Below, in pieces: positions 52,063 through 62,032 of a stretch of 64,000 nt of DNA. This DNA comes from Candidatus Spongiisociaceae bacterium. GTDB taxonomy: Bacteria; Actinomycetota; Acidimicrobiia; Spongiisociales; Spongiisociaceae. The notes beneath the pieces were generated by a model. The model saw only the letters and a list, made by a program, of their open reading frames with translations. It had not been told where the DNA came from and searched no databases. Made by a program: the position numbers and the translations under genes. Where the stretch lies: assembly GCA_965262915.1 (NCBI GenBank), contig OZ253564.1, positions 2,272,001 to 2,336,000 on the forward strand, read 5' to 3'. Numbering within the stretch: position 1 is the first letter of the stretch; every line of letters starts with the position of its first letter.

Positions 52063-55000
52063 TTAGTTTGGGGTGGAGGTGCCGGCGGCGGTGATTAGGT
52101 GGCGGGCCCGGTACAGGAATGCAGCCATCTGCGCTCGCGTGATGGGTCTGTTGGGGCAGTACTGAAGCGGTTCCTGGGTGCAGCCCGCGGTTATCTGTGC
52201 CCGGTGGAGCGTCTCGATGTTGGCGGCATGCACGCTGGCGGGATCCACGTCAACAAACCCTGCCTGCTGTTGGGGGGCTTGCAGGTCGAGAGCGCGGGTG
52301 AGGAAGCTCGCCATTTGTGCTCGGGTGATGGGTTTGTTGGGGCAGTACTGAAGCGGTTCCTGGGTGCAGCCTGTGGTTATCTGTGCCTGGTGGAGCGTCT
52401 CGATGTTGGTGGCATGCACATTGGTGGGATCCACGTCAACAAACCCTGCCTGCTGTTGGGGGGCTTGCAGGTCGAGAGCGCGGGTGAGGAAGCTCGCCAT
52501 TTGTGCTCGGGTGACTGGGTTGTTGGGACAATAGGTGTAGGCGGCGCAGCCTCCGGTGATTCCTTGTTCGGCTAGCCATATGATCTCGTTGACGAACTGG
52601 TGATCGGTGATATCGCCCTACACGGTGAGAGTGGCGCTGCCGGTGAGGGTCCGCCGGGCGATGTCGCCGACGGTCACGCTCACCGTGTAGGTGCCGTCCG
52701 CGGGTGCCACGAACGCGAAACGCTGCGCGTCGCTTGTCGCGGTGAACCCGTGGGGGCCGGTGACTGTCCATCTCAGAGCGCGGATCCTGGTGCCGTCGCT
52801 GATAGCCGCGGTGAACACGGTCTCCGTATCGGCGGCGGTGTAGGAGGCGCCGCCGATCTCGACCACAGCAGCCGGACCGCCGCCACCACCACCGGTGCCA
52901 CCGCCCCCGCCTCCGCCGCCACCAGGGCGCGGGGCTGGTTCGGTGATGGTGACGGCCACGACACCGATGCTGTACGCGCCGTGAAATATCGAGACCTCGA
53001 TGGTCTCGTCGGGGTCTTCTTCGGTGTCGGTCGCCGCTCTCAGCGTGAAACTCGCGGATCTGGCGCCAGCCGCGAGGATCAAGCGCTGTGACGATGTCAG
53101 GTCCTGGCTGCGGCTGTTGGTGATCGTGAAGTCGTCTACGGGGGTGGCTGTGCCGCTGAGAGCCAACTCGAGGGTCTGCGGATCGGCGAAGGTGACGCCG
53201 ACGGTCTCCACGACGACGCGAACTGATCTGCCTTCCGCGACTTCGCTGGAGCCTGGAGAGACGCTGAAGTCCGCCACGTAGTCGTCGTTGTAGACGGTCA
53301 CGGCCGCCGCGTTGGCGGTGCCGGTGAGGTAAACGGGCGGGCTGCTGGTGCTGCCAAGCACCAGCACCGTCACGGCCGCGTCGTCCTCGATGACGGTGTC
53401 GTCGAGCGTTGCCACATCAAGGACCGCGGTGGCGCTGTTCTGCTCGAAGGTGGCGGTGGTGGGCGTGGAGCCGCTCAGTGTCGACCCGGTCGCCGTCACC
53501 TGGACCCGGACCGTCAGCGCAGTGGTGAGCGGCAGGCTGTGGGCATCGGTTCGCGTGAGCGCGAAGGTGGCGTTCTCACCCTCGGTGATCGTCCCGCCCG
53601 CCGCGATCGTGACCAGCGGCGTGCCCTCCACGTCGCTCGGGGGGATCGTTACCGTGCGCGTACCGAGCGAAGCGTTGGTGAGGTCGAGTCTGGCACTGAC
53701 GGTGACGGTCTCCCCCGTCGTCTCGATGACGGTGTCGTCGACCGCGCGGATGGTGGCCTTGACCGCGTCCGCCCCGGCCGGGAGGGTGATGGCGTAGGGC
53801 GGGGACAGGATGCGGTTGCCGGCGTCCACGAGGACGAAGTCGTCCCCCGGCGTGGCCGTGCCGCCAACGGTGAGGTTGATGGTCTGGTCGTGCTCGAAGG
53901 TGACGCCGTTGGTGATAGCGAAGACGAGGCTGGTCTCGGCGCCCTCGGCGACCTGGTGCACCGCCGCGGTGAAGCTGATCTGTGCCCGGTCGGCGTCGCT
54001 GATCGTCACGGTCGGGGCGGCGGTCGAGTCCGCGGTCACGCCGTATGGCAGCGCGCCGAACTCGAGCGTGGCGGTCTCCGGTCCCTCGACCAGATAGTCG
54101 TGCACGGCTTCGACCGTCAGCGTCTTGCGGGTCTCCCCGGCGTCGAAGGTGACGCTGCCGGCCACCGTCAGGTCGTCGGACGACCCGCTGCTCCCCGCGC
54201 CGGCCAGGACGGGGAAGGTCACCCCGCGGACGCCATGGTGGGCGGCGCTGAGGCGCACCGTGACGGCCAGCGTCGCGCCTTCAGCGATCGTGTAGGTGGC
54301 CTGCTCGAAAGAAACGGTGACGGGAGGTCCGATCACCAGCGCCGGGGGCGCCTCAGACAGCGTCGTGCCGTCGGCCGTGCAGATGCCGCTGTCCGCGCAG
54401 GCCTGATCGGCGACAAGGCGGAACGTGATCGCGCCGTCGCCTTCTGGGGTAAGGGTGACCAGGTAGGCGTTGGCCGGCTCGCCCGCCGCCACATGGGGGC
54501 TGACGCCGGCGACCGTCGCACCCTCGACGCTGACCGACGGCGTGTCCGCGGCGAAGTCCACCACCGGCCGGCTGAACGCGACCACCACCTGCGGAGCACC
54601 GAGGTTGAACACCGACGTGTGGCTGCTGGCCGGAAGATCCGCGGTCAGCGCACCGGGCTGCGGCGCCAGCGCGTGGGGAGCCAGCGGAATGGCGTGCACG
54701 GAGAGTTGTCCGCCGTCGTAGGGCATCCGAAGGGAGAACTTCTCTTCGCCGGTGTCCGGGTCAACCTGAGTCACCGATTCATCGGGCGGGTAGGGCGGCC
54801 CCGCGCCGTAGGAGAAGCCTCGGGTGCCGCCCCAGCTGATCAGCCAGTCTCCGTTGTTCAGCGCCTCGACGTGGCCACGGACGTTCCCGTAGAACTCCTT
54901 GCGGCCGTAAAGCGAGTGATCGCGCAGGAAAACCGCCTCGCCGTTGGCCTCGTCGATCGCGTACTCCACCGCGCGGCTGTACACGCTGCTCTGCCGTCCC

Positions 55001-57588
55001 AGTTCCGCGTCTTCCCATGGGTCCTTCAGGCACACGGCGCCGTTGTCGAACATGATGAGATTGCCGTTGGGCAGGATCTCCGCGGCGTGCTGCCCGCAGA
55101 ACTCCCCTTCGGGATCGTTGACGACGGCCAACGGCGGCGGGCCGATGTCGCGGGCCTCCCACTCCGCATCGCTCAGGTTGCTGCGGCCCACACGCCACAC
55201 GACCTTGTGCTCAGCCGGGTGGTCCGGATCGATCCGCAACACCGTGGAGCAGCCCCGGAACGAGGCGATGATGTGCCCGTGCACCATCTGCAGCGAGTTG
55301 ATGTGGGCGTAGCCGTCCGGGAAGCGGTGCTGGGCGCAGTCCTCGAGGGGGATGTTGCCCCATGAGTTCCAGGTGAACACCGCCCGCGGAAAGAGGCCCG
55401 GCGTGACGATCTGGATGGCAGAGTCCTTGATTTGCTGCGGTTGGACGCTGTCGACGCTTGGGTGTTCGAACGTCAGGCCGCTGAGGTCGCGCATGGCCGG
55501 CTCGTAGGCCATGAGCAGGTAGTTCCCGTTCTCCAGAACCCGGAAGTCATGGAGGTCGGTGGTCGCCAACGGATCCACGGTAGCTGCGAAGACCCCGCTG
55601 CCATGCAGGATCTTCAGGTTCTCGTCTAGGACGACCCATCCCCGACGGTGTCTGATCCATGCGGACGGTCCCGTGTAGGAGTATCGATACTCAAGGTCGT
55701 TGCCGGCCCGGTGGACCCGGAAGTGACCGCCCGCTTGGCCATCGATCTTCCGATGGAATCTCGGGACGGCGTTGTTGTCCACAATGGCCAGGTAGGAACC
55801 CCGAGTGAACATGATGAGATCCTCGATGACGCCGGTGGCGCCCGCTGCTCTTGTCGCCGTCGTGTTCCCCAGGTCGCCCGCGAGGCAGTGAACGACATAG
55901 GTCGTGCTCGCCCCGTCGCCGCCCGTGACGGCGATCTCGACGTCGCTCTCCGCATGCACCAGCACGTCGATGGGGTTCCCGCTCTCGACGACGCTGTCCA
56001 CATGCACCGGCACGTCGATGGGGCTCCCGCTCTCGACCTGGACGCCGTTGACCGCCAACCGGGCGCCGGGCGCCGCCCAAGCGGTCAGTGTCATCGTGTC
56101 GTCGGCCGGCGTATACAGATCGCCGTCGTCGGTGCAGCCGACGGCGTAGTGGAGAGTCTCCGCGTCGAATGCGGGCTTCATCACGCGCGGAAACGCGTCG
56201 CCTACGGAGTTCGCCGAGTCGCTGGTGGTGGCCGTCAGTCCGCTGAGCAACTGTGCTGTCACTACGTTCGGCGTCACCGCCTGGGCGGTCTGGCCGGCGC
56301 CGTGACCGTCGGTGTAGGTCGCGCTCACCCGCAGGTATTGCCCCGCGTCGGCAGCGGCCGGCGTGTGACTGGCCGATGTCGCCGCGCCGATCTCGGTCCA
56401 GGCGTTGCGGCCCGCCGATCGCTCCCAGGTCCAGGTGATGTCGACAACGTCGCCGTCGGGGTCGCTGACGCCGGCGGTCAGCGCCTCGCCCAGCCTGGGC
56501 CGCAGCGAGCCCAGATTCAACGTCCCGGCCTCGTTCTGATCGGCAACGGTGACGGTTGCGGCCAGGCTGACCGAGCCGGTTCCGTCCGAAGCTGTCACCG
56601 TCAGCGCGTACGCGCCGTTCGTGTCCGCGTCCGCCGGCGACTCATAGTCGGGCAGCGCGAGGAATCTGAGGACGCCGCCCTCGATGGAGAACGCGCCGCG
56701 GTCGGCGCCCGACGACGACCAGGCAACACCCCCTGCGTCCTCGGGCGAGGAGGCGGTGTAGGTGGCCACGCGCGTCGCGTCGTTCTCGGCGAAGGTCACC
56801 TCCGTCGGCCCGGTCACCGCCGACAGCAGTTCGGTGACGTTGATGACATCGATGGTGACCGCGATGTCAGTTGAGCTCTCGGAGTCCGTGGCGGTGACCG
56901 TCACCTCGTAGCGGGAGTTGGTCTCGTAGTCGAGAGCGGCTCTGGTCCGGAGCTGGCCCGTCGCAGCAACGATGTCAAAGGAGCCGGAGTCTGCTCCCCC
57001 CAACGAATAGGTGACCGTGCCGCTGCTGTCCGCCACCGTGACCGGCGCGCCGATGTCATGACCCGCGGCCGTGTTCTCAGCCACGCTGCGGGCCGTGCTC
57101 GCCGACTGCAGCGCGAACGCCACGCCACGGATCGTGTCCCCCACCGTCACCGCAGTCAGGGAGTGCGGGCCCGCAACCGTCACCTCAACGCTCTCAGCGA
57201 GCGGCGCGCCGTCCTTTGAGCAGATCGCTCCCGCATCAGCGCACGGCCTCGTTGGCAGCCTCACCACCACGTCGCCGAGGTGGCCCTCATCAGGCTCCAC
57301 GGTGATCGTCCACTGCGTGTCGCTGCCCGGCGCCACACGACGCGCGCCACGCACGGAAGCGCCCTCCACCCTGAACGCATTATCGCGCAGCGTCAGATAG
57401 CTCACCGCCAGTTCAGCACCGACGAACCTCAACCCCAGCTCGAACACCGAACCATCATGAGTCGAAGGCACATCAAAGAACTCCGCGCTGAACCCCCCGG
57501 TGCCACTCGCCCGATCCGGAACAGCCACCACCAACGCCGCCAGCGCCAACACCGTCACCCAAGCACACAGCGGGTGCCAACCCCTCAT
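52063..57588 (-). CDS. giant surface protein: cadherin, arylsulfotransferase-like, Calx-beta and 3xSLH domains; in-frame TAG at 52618-52620
   Basis: Signal peptide, LDYE/PDYE cadherins, DLHD..AHINS..QH..FDN (ASST), Calx-beta repeats, Gly linker; SLH repeats (TRAQMA.FL.RA) in frame after the TAG. Confidence 0.8.
52130..52516. repeat. 186-bp tandem duplication encoding SLH repeats
   Basis: Near-identical units with period 186 (52141 versus 52327). Confidence 0.85.
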
Positions 57589-57842
57589 GCTCCACCACCC
57601 CCACATCCAATAGAAACTCCCCTCCCGAATCCTGGAGGGTTGGTTGGGCTACGTTGGCTAGTTAGTGATCTACTGGGCCGGAGCATGTTGGCTGAACATG
57701 TCGTTGGCGGAGTGGAGCCACATGACCATCATGGGCCGAACGCGAGTCGGGGGTCGTCGATTTGCCACGCAAGTGGGGATCACAGCCCCAACGACCGGGT
57801 CAGGAACGACGCCATCTAGGGCGTTAGAGCAGAAAGCAAATC

Positions 57843-57859
57843 GGGGGGGGGGGGGGGGG
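57843..57859. repeat. poly-G tract (17 nt)
   Basis: Direct observation. Confidence 0.9.
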
Positions 57860-57906
57860 TGATCTGCTTGTCGAATGGATTCTTGGGTGGTTCGGCCTCT
57901 GGGGTT

Positions 57907-58540
<634 letters not shown>

Positions 58541-58800
58541 GGTATCACCACCCATCAGTTCGTCATGCTTCCATTCTCGACGGGCTGCGCCAGGTTATAG
58601 GCTGTATTCCATTCCAGCGGAGGTCCCGTTTCCGGATCCACGTCCGGGTTCTTGTGTTCTTCAGTTCCTTCCCCTCCTCAAATCTATCGCTCCTCCAACA
58701 CCCCGACAGACAGAGAAGCCTTCGTATTCGGCGCAGGGCCAAGAGAAATCGAGGGGCGGGGACGGCGATGTGGGTTACTGAGGGATTCCTATCCAGGTAG

Positions 58801-59853
58801 TCACCAGGCTGCTGCCTGGTCGATGAGTTCGGGTGTGACAGTATCGAATCCACCGTTACAAGCGTCGGCGACGGCCACATGGACGGTACGGATGACATCT
58901 CGGAGAACACCTGGGAACTCGGTCTGGTATAGCTCGTAGAGGCGGTCAACTGCGGTGGGGCTGATGATTGCCCCGAGTGGCGGCGCTGTGGTGGGGTCGT
59001 CCGACGTGTGAGCAATGACTCGTGAGTGGATCACCTTACGGAGCGCGTTTGGCGAGGTTAGCTGTGGGATATTGACACGAAGCTCGATGCTGGCGCGAAG
59101 GTGGTCGGCAAGTTCCGTGTCTTTCAGGTAGTTCGTGTGGACGGCCACCACCATGCCGGTGGGGAGTTGCCGTAGTTCCGGCAAGATCGTGCCGAAGAAG
59201 GCGAGGGCAAGGTCTTGGTAACTGACGCTGCTGCCCACGTTGCGGAACCAGCGATCCGTATCGTCGAATACCAACACTGGCATGAGATCATCTTTTTGAA
59301 GGATGGTGAGCAGTTGGTGAACTACTTCAAGAGTCGCCTGGGTTGTCACCGCTAGCTCGGTGTTTGGCGGCACTTGGCGTTTCACGTTAGCTTGTATGCC
59401 AATGCCCATCCAGTTACCTCCGAGAGTAAGCCCGCTGGTCCGACTTGTGGACGTTACAAGGCGTCTTGTAGAGGCTGATCGAAGGGCTTCGACCCGTTCC
59501 GAGTCGTCGAGGTCGGCGTGGTTGACCAGTGTCTGGATGATGAGCCCGGCCACGGCCTGGACACTGGTCACTGTTGCGGCCGGCTCTCCGAAGACCGGAA
59601 TCGGAATGGGGGCTATTCCTGGTATGGCCGGGCCGAGAACGTGTTCGATGAGGCTTGACTTCCCAGACCCGGAACGCCCCACGATGGCTATGCGTTCACC
59701 CCTCTGAGCTGCGCCGGCCAGGCGATCTTCGGGCGATGTCCCGGGTGCCAACTGATCGAAGGGTACGTGATAGACGCCAAGGTCAAGGCGGATAGGTGAT
59801 GGGTCGAAGGCGTGGGCGGCCTGAAGTCGTCGGAGAAGGCGAAGGCTCATCAC
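58801..59853 (-). CDS. P-loop AAA-type ATPase
   Basis: GRSGSGKSS, VLVFDDTD, C-terminal lid LRDVIR. Confidence 0.75.
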   Translation of the reverse strand: MMSLRLLRRLQAAHAFDPSPIRLDLGVYHVPFDQLAPGTSPEDRLAGAAQRGERIAIVGRSGSGKSSLIEHVLGPAIPGIAPIPIPVFGEPAATVTSVQAVAGLIIQTLVNHADLDDSERVEALRSASTRRLVTSTSRTSGLTLGGNWMGIGIQANVKRQVPPNTELAVTTQATLEVVHQLLTILQKDDLMPVLVFDDTDRWFRNVGSSVSYQDLALAFFGTILPELRQLPTGMVVAVHTNYLKDTELADHLRASIELRVNIPQLTSPNALRKVIHSRVIAHTSDDPTTAPPLGAIISPTAVDRLYELYQTEFPGVLRDVIRTVHVAVADACNGGFDTVTPELIDQAAAW

Positions 59854-60893
59854 CCCTCCTCATGGCTGAGACGAGTTGCGTAGAGCTTGCGTGGACGGCC
59901 GGGGTGGTGCGTCTTCTCATTGGAGGCATGCACGAGCCCGGCGTCTTCGAGGCGACGGAGTACCTGTGTAGCCCGCGCCCGGGTGATGTCCAGGGACTCG
60001 AGCAACTTCTCGTCGGAGGCGCTGGTAGGTCCATGTCTTGTGAGGTACCGAACCGCAAGCCCTTCCGTCGCACCGAGTTCGGCGGCGGAGGTCACGAGCC
60101 GATCGGCAACCAAGGCCTCCTCCGAGCTACGGAGAACGACGTCCCGTGCCGCTGCAAGGAGTCGACGAGGGTTGCCATCGCCTTGTTCGATTATTCGGTC
60201 CCGGTTGGAGATGATCCGTACCCTCGCTTCTCCATCATCGATATCTGCTCCAGCCAACCGAGCTTGGAGGAGACCCAGGGACGCGGCCGTATCCAAGGGG
60301 CCGAGCGTTAGAACCGAATCGAAGAAAGCATCGGCCGGCGGTTCCAGGTATCGAGACCGCCGGGTCGCCTGTCCACAGACCACCCATCGAAACGGCATCT
60401 GCCATATGTCGTCGCGATAGCGCCCGAACATCTCATGGACCAGCTCCGGTTCGCGCATCTCGTCGAGGATGATGATCGGTCGCCGACCTTCCGATTCCGA
60501 CACCCGCGCGCTCAAGGCTCTCATGTCTCGGAGCGGGTCAGGATCCCCCTCCTGTACGCGAACCCGAGACAACGCCAAGTGAGCCACCAGCTGGTCACGG
60601 CTGTACTCCGGTGGGCGAGGTCCGTCCATCGCGATACGAATTTCCGTGACGAGTTCGGTCATATCTTCGGCCCAGCCGGCGTTGATGTAGTAACTTGCGC
60701 GTCCGGTATCTTCGAGCCGGCGCTGGTGTTGACGCACCAGCGAGGTTGACCCCATGCCTCGTTCCCCCAGCACGAGGACATTGAAATCGAGTTGGGCCGA
60801 CCGTTCCAGATGACCAAGTTCTGCAGTACGATCAACGAACAGTCCCCGATCGGCATCGGAGCCGGTCAGCGGACGTTGGCTCAGTAGAAGCAT
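59850..60893 (-). CDS. AAA-like ATPase (degenerate Walker A) with C-terminal winged HTH
   Basis: FVDRTAEL, GERGMGSTS, IIILDE, GNPRRLL, ITRARATQVLRRLEDAGLV..GRPRKLY. Confidence 0.75.
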   Translation of the reverse strand: MLLLSQRPLTGSDADRGLFVDRTAELGHLERSAQLDFNVLVLGERGMGSTSLVRQHQRRLEDTGRASYYINAGWAEDMTELVTEIRIAMDGPRPPEYSRDQLVAHLALSRVRVQEGDPDPLRDMRALSARVSESEGRRPIIILDEMREPELVHEMFGRYRDDIWQMPFRWVVCGQATRRSRYLEPPADAFFDSVLTLGPLDTAASLGLLQARLAGADIDDGEARVRIISNRDRIIEQGDGNPRRLLAAARDVVLRSSEEALVADRLVTSAAELGATEGLAVRYLTRHGPTSASDEKLLESLDITRARATQVLRRLEDAGLVHASNEKTHHPGRPRKLYATRLSHEEG

Positions 60894-61262
60894 TACTCAC
60901 ATATCTTACTGTAAGTTTTGTTAGAACACCAGGAGGGCCCGAGCCGCTCTCACTCTCGGCGAGTCGTCCCCTAAGTCTTTCAGTGGCGAAGGGCGTAACC
61001 GCGCTTCAGGGGGCACGCCTCCAACGGACAGCTACACGCCGAATCGGGGATCATCACCCACGCCGGCGAAGACCTGGACGGGGACGACCTGTGGCGCCGG
61101 CTGTCCTGAGACGCCCGGCCCTGCCTAACCCTCTCCTGAGCCCCTCCAGCGGAGGGTTACTCCGTTGGCCGCCGCTCGCCGGATTCGTAACCGTCCTCCT
61201 CGGGCAGCGGGCGTAAGGCGACGAGGTCGCCGTCGGCCTGGGGAGGACGGGCTAGCCCCCCG

Positions 61263-61521
61263 GTCTCGACTTCTAGACTTTTCGAGCCGCCCGTTTCGGG
61301 CGGAAACACCCCGAAACCAGCCTCCAGATCGTTAACCAATATAACCCAAACCCCTAGAAGCCGATTTAGCGGGCCGGGAGATCCCGCCGTGACCCGAACC
61401 ACCCTACGGACGCCAGTTTGCACAAAGAAACCCAGACGGGGAAGGCACGCCAAGGCGGGGGTACCCGCCCCGGCAGGGCCAGGTCGAGTATCTACACTCG
61501 CCTTTGCCGACGAATCCCCGG
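61263..61521 (-). repeat. dispersed ~230-260 bp non-coding repeat, copy 2
   Basis: Inverted relative to 21768-21992. Confidence 0.85.
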
Positions 61522-61525
61522 GTCC

Positions 61526-61777
61526 GCGAAAGCCACCAGGTATTTCAAAGAACAGGTACTCCGCAAACGGCCCTACATCGACCCGGCCTGGTGTACCCAG
61601 ATCGTGTCTGCACCACTCCACCGAGAGGAACAACCCGACGGCCCTGTACGCCTGTGGGGGAAAGTAGAACGCCCCGGCGAGACAACACGTCGGTTTCTGC
61701 GGGTTGTTACATTGGAGGACGGCGAAACCATCCAGAATGCCTTCTTTGATCGGCGGTTCCGAAAGGACGATCCATGA
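61526..61777 (+). CDS. putative toxin (DUF4258/RelE-like); start codon uncertain
   Basis: TRYFKEQVLRKRPYI...LRVVTLEDGETIQNAFFDRRF; ATGA overlap with the DUF2283 gene. Confidence 0.55.
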   Translation, partial: AKATRYFKEQVLRKRPYIDPAWCTQIVSAPLHREEQPDGPVRLWGKVERPGETTRRFLRVVTLEDGETIQNAFFDRRFRKDDP

Positions 61778-61989
61778 AGCTTCACTACTACCCGGAAACC
61801 GACAGCCTCTACATCGAGTTCAAACCGACCCCGGGAACAGAAACCCGCGAGGTAGTCGTTGGGCTGAACGTAGACCTCGACGCCGCCGGCGAGTTGGTCG
61901 GCTTCGACATAGACCACGCCTCGAAGCTGGTGGACCTCTCAACACTCGAAACCGAATCGCTATCCCTGCGTAACCCCGCTGCTATCTGA
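61774..61989 (+). CDS. DUF2283 family putative antitoxin
   Basis: YYPETDSLYIEF...DLDAAGELVGFDI. Confidence 0.85.
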   Translation: MKLHYYPETDSLYIEFKPTPGTETREVVVGLNVDLDAAGELVGFDIDHASKLVDLSTLETESLSLRNPAAI

Positions 61990-62032
61990 AACCCTGAATG
62001 AACGGGTAGCCGTCATCTCATCCGGTCAGGCC

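Noticed and set aside
52618-52620. Pyrrolysine recoding of the in-frame TAG codons (here and at 34478)
   Set aside because: No pyl genes are in view. Both are one substitution from a sense codon, and the toxin gene also has a frameshift.
49084-56874. Long antisense ORFs (614, 608 and 408 aa) and similar shadow ORFs elsewhere
   Set aside because: These are typical high-GC antisense shadows of real genes, with no recognisable motifs.
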